Shown: one piece after another, positions 50,059 to 60,595 of the stretch
Numbering within the stretch: the first letter of the stretch is position 1
How the letters are laid out: every line of letters starts with the position of its first letter
From: Patescibacteria group bacterium AH-259-L05
Lineage (GTDB): Bacteria > Patescibacteriota > Patescibacteriia > UBA2591 > UBA6264
DNA: 64,000 bases
Direction: 5' to 3'
Assembly: GCA_027717985.1 (NCBI GenBank)
Contig: JALLOO010000002.1
Span: 7,257-71,256 of the forward strand
The notes under the pieces: model-generated
Seen by the model: only the letters and a program-made list of their open reading frames with translations
What the model was told of the DNA's origin: nothing
The model's database searches: none
Made by a program: the position numbers and the translations under genes

Positions 50059-50368
50059 TGTCATTTCGACCGAGCGAACGAAGTGAGCGAGTGGAGAAAT
50101 CTCATACGTTTACGATAAATGAATGGTGTGAGATTCCTCGTCACGACTACGTCGTGACTCGGAATGACAAGGTGGGAGGTTTACTCGCTCTTCGTAAAGA
50201 CTTTTTCAGAGGTCTCATAATAAGAACCTTCCTTACTTTGTTCGGAGGAACTTTGAAGAGATATCTTTGATGTCATTGCGAGGAGCAGAGCGACGAAGCA
50301 ATCTCATGTATGAGATCCCTCGCTGCGCTCGGGATGACACTGCGTGTCATTTATATCCAAACTTTAAT
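50059..50368. repeat. Cluster of family A elements, one nested in a family B element
   Basis: TGTCATTTCGACCGAGCG...CGGAATGACA; TAAGAACC..GAACTTTGAAG [TGTCATTGCGAGG...GGGATGACA] ..ATCCAAACTTTAA. Confidence 0.75.
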
Positions 50369-50377
50369 ATAACATTT

Positions 50378-51499
50378 ATGAAATTCTCTTGCCGTCAAGA
50401 AAATATATCGTATGGATTAAATATAGGCTCAAAAATTGCCGGAACATCAAAAAGTAGCCTTCCAATTTTAAATAATGTTCTTTTATCTGCTGAATCGGGC
50501 ACTCTTATAATCAGTGCCACAAATTTAGAAATGGCAATTGAAGTAAAAATCCGCGCAAAAGTAGAAAAACAAGGTAAAATTACTATCCCCGCACAAATTT
50601 TAAACAATTATATTAATTTATTAAATGAAAATGAAGTACTTAATTTCAAAGCAGTAAAAAATGAACTTAACATTACCAGTGAAAATCAAAAAACAAAGAT
50701 AAAAGGAGAATTCGCAGAAGAATTTCCTATTATCCCTCATATTGAAAGCAAAGAACAATACATACTAAAGAGTAAAACACTAAAAAATGCATTAGAAAAA
50801 ACAGTATTTGCAATCTCAAGCACTGAAGTAAGAGCTGAATTAAGTGGAGTTCTCTTTTCATTCAATACACCACATGATAATAAAATAACACTAGTAAGTA
50901 CTGATAGTTATCGTCTTTGTGAAAAACAAATTGATATTAAAAAAACCTCACATAAAAATAAAAAAAACATTATTATACCGGTAAGAACATTAGTTGAACT
51001 TTTAAGAGTTATTAAAGATAAAGATGATATAGAAGTATCAGTTTCAGAAAACCAAGTATTATTTAAATATGATGACGTAGAGATAATAACACGAATTATT
51101 AGTGGAGAATTTCCTAATTATAAGAGCACCATACCACCAGAATTTAGAACCAAAGTGCTTATTAAGAGAGAAAGCTTTTTAACTGCGGTAAAAGGAGCCG
51201 GATTTTTTACTCGTTTAGGCGTTAACGATATTAATATACAGTTTATAGCTAAAAATAATAAGTTAGTAGTTTCTTCTTTAAATAATCAGTTAGGGGAAAA
51301 TCAAACAACATTAAAAGCAGATATTAGTGGTGAGGATAATGAAATTGTTTTTAATTATCATTACTTAATTGATGGTTTAACTAATATAAAAGGAAAAGAG
51401 GTTAGTTTAGAAATCGTAAATGATAATATGCCAGGCGTGATACGATCAGAGGACGACAAACATTATCTATATTTAATAATGCCAATTAAGAACTCATAA
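50378..51499 (+). CDS. dnaN: DNA polymerase III beta clamp
   Basis: LPILNNVL, ATNLE, STDSYRL, GEFPNY, LIMPI; start set at MKFSC. Confidence 0.95.
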   Translation: MKFSCRQENISYGLNIGSKIAGTSKSSLPILNNVLLSAESGTLIISATNLEMAIEVKIRAKVEKQGKITIPAQILNNYINLLNENEVLNFKAVKNELNITSENQKTKIKGEFAEEFPIIPHIESKEQYILKSKTLKNALEKTVFAISSTEVRAELSGVLFSFNTPHDNKITLVSTDSYRLCEKQIDIKKTSHKNKKNIIIPVRTLVELLRVIKDKDDIEVSVSENQVLFKYDDVEIITRIISGEFPNYKSTIPPEFRTKVLIKRESFLTAVKGAGFFTRLGVNDINIQFIAKNNKLVVSSLNNQLGENQTTLKADISGEDNEIVFNYHYLIDGLTNIKGKEVSLEIVNDNMPGVIRSEDDKHYLYLIMPIKNS

Positions 51500-51504
51500 A
51501 AGTC

Positions 51505-51780
51505 ATGAATAAACGAGAGTTAATTGAAGAACTATATAAAAAAGCAGATGGGTGCTCTAAACTTGAAGCAGAAAATTATCTAAATTTTTTAGTTAATATT
51601 ATTAAGTCAAATTTAAAAAAAGGTGATAAGGTAACGATTGCTGGTTTTGGCACGTTTAGAACTTTGGTAAGAAAGGCGCGAAGCGGTGTTGATCCGCAGA
51701 CAGGAAAAAAAATTAAAATTCCCAAGGTACGCGTTGCAAAATTTGTCACAGGCAGCGCCCTCAAACGCGCCGTGAAATAA
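51505..51780 (+). CDS. hup: HU DNA-binding protein
   Basis: MNKRELI, GFGTF, AR.G..PQTG..I.IP. Confidence 0.93.
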   Translation: MNKRELIEELYKKADGCSKLEAENYLNFLVNIIKSNLKKGDKVTIAGFGTFRTLVRKARSGVDPQTGKKIKIPKVRVAKFVTGSALKRAVK

Positions 51781-51898
51781 GCCTCCTTTTCTTGTCAACT
51801 CGAATGAGTTATAGGCGAGCGAGGAATTCAATTCACCACAAACTCTTTGTTAAACATTTTTTAACTAAAAAAGCGATATAAACCATCGCTTTTTTACG

Positions 51899-52027
51899 TT
51901 ATAAGAAAGTTGATATAGTGCCCAGTGTAGCTATTACTGTACCGGTGGCTATAAATATATAAATAATCCTATCAAAGTATTTTTCCAAATGGGCCAAATC
52001 GATTTTCTTATTTTTTAATTTTGACAT
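51899..52027 (-). CDS. Small single-TM protein, 42 aa (MSKLKNKK...IIYIFIATGTVIATLGTISTFL)
   Basis: TTGACA-17-TAGAAT promoter, GTTCTTAACA, SD GAGGAG, terminator at about 51868-51896. Confidence 0.6.
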   Translation of the reverse strand: MSKLKNKKIDLAHLEKYFDRIIYIFIATGTVIATLGTISTFL

Positions 52028-52197
52028 CTCGTCACTCCTCTATTTTTTTTGTTAAGAACTATAATTGTAATTCTAAATAAAAAGAAAAAATCTGTCAAAC
52101 GCAAACTATAGTATTGTCGTACCTATAGTATTTGACATTTTATTTATTGGAAACCGTCTAAGCAAAAGCTATGACGGTTTTTTCTTTAAACAAAAAA

Positions 52198-52268
52198 TGC
52201 CCCCAGAAGGGATTGAGCCTTCTTCAATTGCTTAAGAGGCAACTGCTTTACCATTAAGCTATGGGGGC
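52198..52268 (-). tRNA. tRNA-Lys (anticodon CTT), atypical T-loop, CCA not encoded
   Basis: Acceptor GCCCCCA/TGGGGGC, D arm GCTT-AATGGTA-AAGC, anticodon arm GTTGC-CTCTTAA-GCAAT, T arm GAAGG-CTCAATC-CCTTC. Confidence 0.88.
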
Positions 52269-52276
52269 ATATAAAA

Positions 52277-52690
52277 TTAAATTTTATTTTTAATCAAAGA
52301 AATAAATTTTTTAATATCTTTTAGTCGATTTTGTAGTGTGTCGTATACAATATCATAATCTATTTGTTCATAGTCATGAGCAATAATATTTCTAAAACCA
52401 GTCATTTTCGCTAGTTGTTCTGTTAGTTTATTTGATATAATTTTTTCTTCATTTAGAATATAAAAGTTTTCGCTTAATGTTGTTGGTTTTCGAAATTTTT
52501 TTAATGAGATAACAGCTTCTGCTAAATCAATAGTTGCTTGAACAGCTAAATATAAATATCTCTCAAGAGACCCTTTAATGGTTATGTTTTGTTTTATTTC
52601 TTCTACCGAATACTTCTTAAAAGAATTTAAAATACTAAGATATTTTTCAACCGAACTGATTTTATTTTCAATCACAGAATGATTAGTCAT
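52277..52690 (-). CDS. HEPN/DUF86 RNase toxin (HepT-like)
   Basis: RNIIAHDY (RX4HXY). Confidence 0.9.
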   Translation of the reverse strand: MTNHSVIENKISSVEKYLSILNSFKKYSVEEIKQNITIKGSLERYLYLAVQATIDLAEAVISLKKFRKPTTLSENFYILNEEKIISNKLTEQLAKMTGFRNIIAHDYEQIDYDIVYDTLQNRLKDIKKFISLIKNKI

Positions 52691-53085
52691 GGCTTTGTAA
52701 GGTTATATTTTAAAAGCATTTGACGAAAGTCAAAATATTCATTAAGGATACGAGGCTCAATTAAAACCTTAAACGGCTCACGTTCTAAAATTAATTTTCC
52801 GTCTTTAATAATATTATATTTCAATTCAGGTTGTTCAACTGTGTTTAACATAACCACATCAATATTATCAGTCTTTAATATCCTGCTTATTATATCAATG
52901 AGTTTGAGCTTGAGATCGGTTATCTTTTTTTTATTATTTTCATCTATATAAAAAGCAAAATCATAGTCGCTTAATGGACCGCTGTTATCTTGTGCTTTTG
53001 ACCCAAATAAATATACAAGTTTTATTTGAGGAAAAGACTTGAAAGTTTTGACAAGTGATGTAATGTTTTTGTCTTTTTTTGTCAT
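52687..53085 (-). CDS. Minimal nucleotidyltransferase antitoxin (MntA-like)
   Basis: LFGS-X10-DYD; ATGA overlap with the HEPN gene. Confidence 0.9.
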   Translation of the reverse strand: MTKKDKNITSLVKTFKSFPQIKLVYLFGSKAQDNSGPLSDYDFAFYIDENNKKKITDLKLKLIDIISRILKTDNIDVVMLNTVEQPELKYNIIKDGKLILEREPFKVLIEPRILNEYFDFRQMLLKYNLTKP

Positions 53086-53146
53086 AACAACAGTATTATA
53101 TCAAATTTTTATTTGGTTGTAAAGATTCCTAAAAAAATTATCACCG

Positions 53147-53431
53147 TTAGGTGACAATTTTTTTCTTTTGTAGCTTAATTTTTATTATCAGGATGAGGTA
53201 ATAAGAGTACAGAATTGTGAATGATATTTGTCCAGAAATAATCCAGAGATCTCCCATATTAATAAACTTAGCCATAATTAGTACCATTGCTATAAAGCGC
53301 ATAACAACCTCCCAAATAGCTATATCGCTCACTGTTTTTCTTTTTCTGGTTTTTCGAATTTGTAGAAATACGCCTAATACCAGAACACCATAGGCAAGAA
53401 GAGCAAGAGAGTTGATAACTGCTGTTGGCAC
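53147..53431 (-). CDS. PQ-loop/SemiSWEET-like small membrane protein
   Basis: Three TMs, QI.K..K.K.V.DI pattern; GTG start with SD AGGAGG. Confidence 0.6.
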   Translation of the reverse strand: MPTAVINSLALLAYGVLVLGVFLQIRKTRKRKTVSDIAIWEVVMRFIAMVLIMAKFINMGDLWIISGQISFTILYSYYLILIIKIKLQKKKIVT

Positions 53432-53599
53432 GGTATTCTTCCTCCTAATTTAGGATGAACAAATTTTTTTATTTTTCCAATTGTATTTATATTCTATCAA
53501 AAAAATGACCCCTTGTCAATAGAGGCGACACTTGACATAGGGCTAAAAACAGGTATAGTTTCTATATAGATCATTAAAATTGCTTAGGAGGGTAGATAA

Positions 53600-54001
53600 A
53601 TGATTACATGGTATGTTGTTGGGTTAGTAGTCATTGTAGTATGTCTTGCTCTTAAGGAGTATATAAAAGAAATTTCTATAAAAGTACTGATTCCTACTTT
53701 TCTTTTAGGAAGATTTCTTGATAAGTATTCTACGTGGTTAGTTTTAGAGAAATTTAATCATAATTCTGAGTTAGAGCAGAGTATAATAACTCGATGGATG
53801 TTACAGAATATTGATTTCTCAGATGGGATTGTACTTTTTTTTTCTGATATAGTATTGTTGCTTCCTTTCTTTTTTATAGTAAAACATTTTTGGCGTAAAT
53901 CAGAGATATCAAAAATAAGAACCAAAGCATATCTGTTAGCAGGTACTATTTTATTCTTTCTTGTTGCAAATTCTAATTTTTTCCATTACTTTTCTTCATA
54001 G
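53600..54001 (+). CDS. Hypothetical membrane protein
   Basis: TTGACA-17-TATAGT, SD AGGAGG, LD..ST motif, several TMs. Confidence 0.75.
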   Translation: MITWYVVGLVVIVVCLALKEYIKEISIKVLIPTFLLGRFLDKYSTWLVLEKFNHNSELEQSIITRWMLQNIDFSDGIVLFFSDIVLLLPFFFIVKHFWRKSEISKIRTKAYLLAGTILFFLVANSNFFHYFSS

Positions 54002-54112
54002 TATCAATGCAATGGTTCTATTCAGGGTTGAGTAGAGCCATTTTTGTTTTTTTTGTACAATAGAAGAAAAAACCATCATCTAACTAAGTGACGGTTTTTA
54101 TTGTAAGAGTCA

Positions 54113-54892
54113 TTATTTTATACTCCTTAGAAGCGATCGGACTGCAGCAATCCAGCTTATTATTTCTTCAACATCATTAGTAACACCAAACATTCGTAAT
54201 TCAATAGTTCCATGAACACTGATACGGATTAGGTGATAACAGTCTCGTGGGTTATCCGCAAATCCTTGTTTTTTTGCAACTTCAAAGAAATGATCAACAT
54301 CTCTGTAGTGGTATGGTATCCAGTCAGGTGCCATTTCTTTATATAATTGAAGTCGTTTCCCATGAGAGTGATCACCGAGCCGACAAAGGTAATTAAGATA
54401 ATTTTTTAGATGGTTTGCTGATCTGATTGCTGTTTCAATATCTGGCATGCCTATATGAATATGAGTTCCTGTGACTCTACAGGCTGCTTTTAGCTTTTCT
54501 TGAGGAATAGTTTTTACAATTTTAAGGTAACGCGGATCTGGATATACATCTAAGATCATGTTTTCTGGTGCAACCTCAATACTACGTAAATTTAAACTCA
54601 GTTTACGTGCAACTGCCTTGCCTTCTTTATGGTTTTGAATAAGTTGTGCGTGGATATTCTCTAGTTTTTTTTCTGGATTTGTTCTGACTTCAACTTGACA
54701 AACTGACAGTTCATATGTCCATTTTTGATCATTCATTTCTTTAAGAAAATCTACCGCACAAGGAATCGGAGTATTATCTACTGATGTAAGAAAATATTCT
54801 CTTTCAATTCCAATAAGTCCTTTATTCTTTTTATCAAACTTAAACTTTTTCAAAAATTCAGCTATATCTGCTTTTTTCTGTGTTTTGTTCAT
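54113..54892 (-). CDS. Glutamate-cysteine ligase family 2 (YbdK/GCS2-like carboxylate-amine ligase)
   Basis: GIEREY, YEL...QVE..T, GTHIHIG, GTIELR. Confidence 0.82.
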   Translation of the reverse strand: MNKTQKKADIAEFLKKFKFDKKNKGLIGIEREYFLTSVDNTPIPCAVDFLKEMNDQKWTYELSVCQVEVRTNPEKKLENIHAQLIQNHKEGKAVARKLSLNLRSIEVAPENMILDVYPDPRYLKIVKTIPQEKLKAACRVTGTHIHIGMPDIETAIRSANHLKNYLNYLCRLGDHSHGKRLQLYKEMAPDWIPYHYRDVDHFFEVAKKQGFADNPRDCYHLIRISVHGTIELRMFGVTNDVEEIISWIAAVRSLLRSIK

Positions 54893-54932
54893 GTTTCCCC
54901 TCCTTTTTTGTTAATGAACTAATTTTTTAAAT

Positions 54933-55706
54933 TTATTTTTTATTGGGCAAAACAAAATAGTTTAAAAAGTTTAGCAAAATTTTTTCTGTTTGACCAGTTT
55001 TTTTAATAGATAAAAGCAATTTTTTAAATTCGTTTTCATTGTTCACAAAACCTTCTTTTATCAAGCCTTGTTTATATTGTTTTGTTTTAGTTGTCATATG
55101 ATGATAAGATAATTCTGGATGAAATTGAACAGTTCTTGTATAGCTGTTTATAGCGAGTGATTGAATTTCGCATAGATCAGAAGATGCAAGCAATTTCCCT
55201 TTCGTGTTGATATTTTTAACCATACATTTATGACTTGATTGAACAAAAAAATTTTCAGGAACTCCCTTAAATAAAAGGTCTTTCGTTCCATTTTTGGTAA
55301 GCGTTAGTGGTATGGTTCCGAATTCTCTTCCTTGTGGATTATAAATCACCGTTCCTCCCAAAGCTCGTGCAATAAATTGGTGCCCCCCACATACGCCAAG
55401 TAAAGGAATGTGTGTATTGATTGCTGTATTAATAAATTTGTATACATTTTTCATCCAGTGGTTTTCATCACTTGGTATTGGATGCTTTGCTGATCCACCA
55501 ATAATGATTCCATGATATTTTTTTGGATCAGGAAGCTGTTTTTGAGCAGCATCAACGGTGATAAATTCATCTTTTTTTAGATTTAATTTTTTTCTAAAAA
55601 GTTCTGCGTAAGGACCTTTTGTCACTTTTTCTTCTTGTTTTTTTGATTCTAAATTATCAGTTAAAATATCAAGAAATAGTAATTGTAATTTTTTATTATT
55701 TTTCAT
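54933..55706 (-). CDS. Type 1 glutamine amidotransferase-like protein (gamma-glutamyl hydrolase-like)
   Basis: GIIIGGS, LGVCGGHQ, QFHPE triad. Confidence 0.88.
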   Translation of the reverse strand: MKNNKKLQLLFLDILTDNLESKKQEEKVTKGPYAELFRKKLNLKKDEFITVDAAQKQLPDPKKYHGIIIGGSAKHPIPSDENHWMKNVYKFINTAINTHIPLLGVCGGHQFIARALGGTVIYNPQGREFGTIPLTLTKNGTKDLLFKGVPENFFVQSSHKCMVKNINTKGKLLASSDLCEIQSLAINSYTRTVQFHPELSYHHMTTKTKQYKQGLIKEGFVNNENEFKKLLLSIKKTGQTEKILLNFLNYFVLPNKK

Positions 55707-55719
55707 ACGTTTAGAATAT

Positions 55720-55910
55720 AAAATAAAACTAGCTTTCTGTTTTTGGAAAGCTGGTCTGATCTATGTTGCGTTGTTATATAATTCTTTAATTTACTAAATC
55801 AAATACTAACTTTCCATCAGAAAGCCATGTAGCCCAATAGTTGCAAGAGTTATTTTTTGAAAAGTTAGTCATATGCAAGTAAGTTTATATAAGAAATAAA
55901 ATTTGGTCAA
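55720..55910 (-). promoter_or_regulatory. Putative attenuator: promoter, 28-aa leader ORF (55786-55872), terminator
   Basis: TTGACC-17-TAAACT; MTNFSKNNSCNYWATWLSDGKLVFDLVN; AGCTTTC/GAAAGCT hairpin plus T tract; both arms complementary to the leader segment GCTTTCTGATGGAAAG. Confidence 0.6.
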
Positions 55911-56005
55911 TACTATCTATTGTGGATAAGTTATACTCTTAAAATTTGGCAGTTAAGATAGTATACCTTTTGAATTTCAAGGTTCTCGAGCGAAGCGAGA
56001 GGTTC

Positions 56006-56269
56006 TTATATTTCTGCTAAAATTACCACTTCTTCGGGTTTTACCTCTAAAAATCCTTTTTTGATTTCAATAGTTTGTATTTGTTCTTTTTCGTATCGCT
56101 CAGGTTTTATAGATTTTTTAATTTTAATTACTCCTTTTTTAAGCGGTGTGATTAAAGGAATGTGGTGGTCAAGAATAGATATTTCTCCATCAATTGATGG
56201 CACGCTTAATAGACCAATACTTCCTTCAAATAATGTTTTCTCTAAGGTGTAAATAAAAAGATTGAACAT
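56006..56269 (-). CDS. atpC: ATP synthase epsilon (beta-sandwich only)
   Basis: GEISIL.HH.PLIT.L..G, GFLEV. Confidence 0.88.
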   Translation of the reverse strand: MFNLFIYTLEKTLFEGSIGLLSVPSIDGEISILDHHIPLITPLKKGVIKIKKSIKPERYEKEQIQTIEIKKGFLEVKPEEVVILAEI

Positions 56270-56270
56270 A

Positions 56271-57647
<1,377 letters not shown>

Positions 57648-57653
57648 CTATAT

Positions 57654-58664
57654 TTATTTTAATGCTTCTTGGCTCGCAATTACTTCTAGAATTTCGTTCG
57701 TAATAGCAGATTGGCGTGCTTTGTTATAAAACAAGGTGAGATTTGTTAGAATTTCTCCTGCATTATCAGATGCATTTTTCATCGCAACCATTCGTGCAGA
57801 ATGTTCAGACGCATTTGTTTCTAAAATCATATGGTGGATTTGAATTTTAACTAAGAGGGGTAAAAGTTTGTCAAGTATTATTTCTTGTGATGGTTCAAAT
57901 ATATATTCGTAGTTATATGGAGATGAAGTTTGTTTTTTCCTTGACTCGCTTTGCTCGCTCGGAATGACAGGGGAGGGAGAGGGCTCGCTCGGAATGACAG
58001 GGGAGGGAGAGGGCTCGCTCGGAATGACAGGGGAGGAAGAGGCATATCTGACGGATTGGGGAGTAATCCCTTTGACAATTTCTTCAATCCCCATTTTTGT
58101 AATTGGTAAAACTTGGCGGATAACAGGATCTTGTTTTAGCGTGGAAATAAAGTTGGTATATGCGCACATAATTTTTTTATATTGACCGTTTTTATATATA
58201 TCAATAATTTTTTCAGCAAAAGGCAGTGTTTGTTCTAACTTTATATAATCACCAAAACCAGTAAATTCATAATGTACGGGTATATTTCGAAAATCAAAGT
58301 ATTTCTTTGCTTTTTTCCCAACCGTGATAATATCGATATCATCGTTTTTTTGAATGTAAGCATGCGTCTTTTTTAGCATATTATTATTATATCCGCCACA
58401 TAAACCTTTATCACTGGTAATGATAACAAGACATAGTTTGTTTGTCTGCGTTTTTTTTCTTAGTAAGAGGTGACGCTTTTGAGACACTTGTTCACTTACA
58501 TTTGAAAGAAGTTTGAGCGCATGTTCTGTATAAGGACGAGCATTGAGCGCATATTCTTGCGATCGCCGCATCTTAGTTGCGGAAACTGCTTCCATTGCAC
58601 GGGTAATTTGCTGCGTGTTTTTAATTGAGCGCATTCTGCGCTTTATATCTCGTCGAGATTCCAT
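57654..58664 (-). CDS. atpG: ATP synthase gamma with repeat-derived insertion
   Basis: ITRAME.V, SDKGLCG, SEH.ARM.AM, NKARQ..IT.EI. Confidence 0.97.
   Translation of the reverse strand: MESRRDIKRRMRSIKNTQQITRAMEAVSATKMRRSQEYALNARPYTEHALKLLSNVSEQVSQKRHLLLRKKTQTNKLCLVIITSDKGLCGGYNNNMLKKTHAYIQKNDDIDIITVGKKAKKYFDFRNIPVHYEFTGFGDYIKLEQTLPFAEKIIDIYKNGQYKKIMCAYTNFISTLKQDPVIRQVLPITKMGIEEIVKGITPQSVRYASSSPVIPSEPSPSPVIPSEPSPSPVIPSEQSESRKKQTSSPYNYEYIFEPSQEIILDKLLPLLVKIQIHHMILETNASEHSARMVAMKNASDNAGEILTNLTLFYNKARQSAITNEILEVIASQEALK
57939..58042 (-). repeat. 3 x 30-bp family A-derived tandem repeat in frame in atpG
   Basis: Plus-strand GCTCGCTCGGAATGACAGGGGAGGGAGAGG x3, encoding (PSPSPVIPSE)n. Confidence 0.9.
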
Positions 58665-58670
58665 ATGATT

Positions 58671-60206
58671 TTATTCTTTGGAAAAAGTATTTTTAAATTC
58701 CTTAATTATATTTTGTAATTTTTTTTCTGTTTTTTCGTCTAAATCTTTATTTTTATGAATACTCTCTAAAAGCTCGGAGTGCATATTTTCTGCATATTCA
58801 AGAAATTTGTGTTCAAATTCTTTGATTTTTTCTACCCCAATATCGTCAAGAAAGCCATTTACTGCAGCATAGATAACAATGACTTGTTTTTCAAATGTAA
58901 GCGGACTATATTGAGGTTGTTTTAAAATTTCAGTAACTCGTTTACCTCGTTCAATTCGTTCTCGCGTTGCTTTATCAAGATCAGCGCCAAACTGAACAAA
59001 AGCAGCGAGCTCTCTGTATTGCGCTAATTCCAATCTGAGTTTGCCTGCTACCTTTTTCATTGCTTTTGTTTGCGCTGCTGAACCAACCCGTGATACGGAA
59101 AGACCAACATTTAATGCTGGTCGAATACCAGCATAAAATAGTTCTGGTTCTAAATAAATTTGGCCGTCAGTAATTGAAATAACATTGGTGGGAATATATG
59201 CAGAGACATCACCTGCTTGCGTTTCAATAATAGGGAGTGCAGTAAGTGATCCTCCGCCATGTTCTTTATTCAGTTTTGCTGCACGTTCCAAAAGACGGGA
59301 GTGGAGATAAAAAATATCACCAGGATAAGCTTCTCTTCCAGGCGGGCGGCGTAAAAGGAGCGAGATTTGTCTATATGACCAGGCATGTTTTGTTAAATCA
59401 TCATATATTACTAATGCATCTTTCCCTTTATCCATAAAGTATTCTCCTATAGCACATCCTGCGTAGGGCGCGATGTAAAGTAAGGGGGCAGGCTCAGACG
59501 CAGAGGCTACAACAACAGTAGTATACTCCATTGCCCCTGCTTTTTCTAACGTTGCAATAATTTTAGCTATTTTTGAATCTTTTTGGCCAATGGCAACATA
59601 AATACAAATAGGACGATTTTGCTTCGGTTCCTTTAGCTGGTTAATAATTGTATCAATTACGAGTGCGGTTTTTCCGATTTGTCGGTCGCCAATGATTAAC
59701 TCTCGTTGACCCCGGCCAATAGGTATCATAGAATCAATACTTTTAATACCAGTGTGAAGCGGTGCATTTACTGATTCTCGAGTGATGACGCGGGGCGCAA
59801 CATGCTCTATAGGATAAAAGTTTTTTGTTTTAATTTCTCCTTTTCCGTCGAGAGGTGTTCCCACAGGATTAACAACACGCCCAACAAGGGCATCACCAAC
59901 AGGGACTTGTAAGATTTTGTTTGTTGATTTTACTTCATCACCTTCTTTAATATGTTTATACTCACCCAAGATTACCGCGCCGATTTTATCTTCTTCAAGA
60001 TTAAGTGTAAGTCCATAGATTAGCTCATTTGTTTCAGGGTCTTGAGGAAATGCTAACATCTCTGATACCATTGCGTCTTTCAAGCCAACAATGGTAGCAA
60101 CACTATCTCCAACTTTTACTACTTTTCCAACCGTTTCCTTACTAATTTCAGGCTTAAATCCTTGGATTTGTTTTTTTAATTCTTCAATAATGTAGTCTTT
60201 AGCCAT
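58671..60206 (-). CDS. atpA: ATP synthase alpha
   Basis: [25 protein letters not shown]. Confidence 0.98.
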   Translation of the reverse strand: MAKDYIIEELKKQIQGFKPEISKETVGKVVKVGDSVATIVGLKDAMVSEMLAFPQDPETNELIYGLTLNLEEDKIGAVILGEYKHIKEGDEVKSTNKILQVPVGDALVGRVVNPVGTPLDGKGEIKTKNFYPIEHVAPRVITRESVNAPLHTGIKSIDSMIPIGRGQRELIIGDRQIGKTALVIDTIINQLKEPKQNRPICIYVAIGQKDSKIAKIIATLEKAGAMEYTTVVVASASEPAPLLYIAPYAGCAIGEYFMDKGKDALVIYDDLTKHAWSYRQISLLLRRPPGREAYPGDIFYLHSRLLERAAKLNKEHGGGSLTALPIIETQAGDVSAYIPTNVISITDGQIYLEPELFYAGIRPALNVGLSVSRVGSAAQTKAMKKVAGKLRLELAQYRELAAFVQFGADLDKATRERIERGKRVTEILKQPQYSPLTFEKQVIVIYAAVNGFLDDIGVEKIKEFEHKFLEYAENMHSELLESIHKNKDLDEKTEKKLQNIIKEFKNTFSKE

Positions 60207-60208
60207 TT

Positions 60209-60595
60209 TTATTTCAATTGTTGTTTTAATGAATTAAGCTGTTTTTTAATAGATCCATCAATAACAGTATCGCCAATTTGTATTTTTGCCCCTCCAATTA
60301 AACTTGGATCAACAATCTGTTTTATCTGTATTTTTTTATATGGTAATGCCTGCTGTATTTGTTTTATCGTGTCATTATCAAAGGCATTCGCGCTTGTAAT
60401 AATTGCTTCAGTAATATTTTTTGTTTGTTTATCAATTGAGGACACTTTATCAAGTATTTGTTTAAACAACGTAGCATCATTGTTTTTTACAAGAATGTTA
60501 TGAAGATTATTAATATAAGTTTTTATGTCAGATTTTTTTGAGTCCTCAATGCATTCATATAAAGCGTGTGCATATTGTTGTAAGGTATAACTCAT
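60209..60595 (-). CDS. atpH: ATP synthase delta (short form)
   Basis: [21 protein letters not shown]. Confidence 0.9.
   Translation of the reverse strand: MSYTLQQYAHALYECIEDSKKSDIKTYINNLHNILVKNNDATLFKQILDKVSSIDKQTKNITEAIITSANAFDNDTIKQIQQALPYKKIQIKQIVDPSLIGGAKIQIGDTVIDGSIKKQLNSLKQQLK

Noticed and set aside
50052-50377. ORF 50052-50270 and the N-terminal extension of dnaN from 50267
   Set aside because: Made of palindromic repeat DNA; dnaN homology begins at MKFSC (50378)
52198-55900. Integrated element or prophage at tRNA-Lys
   Set aside because: No integrase, phage genes or duplicated tRNA end (att site) visible
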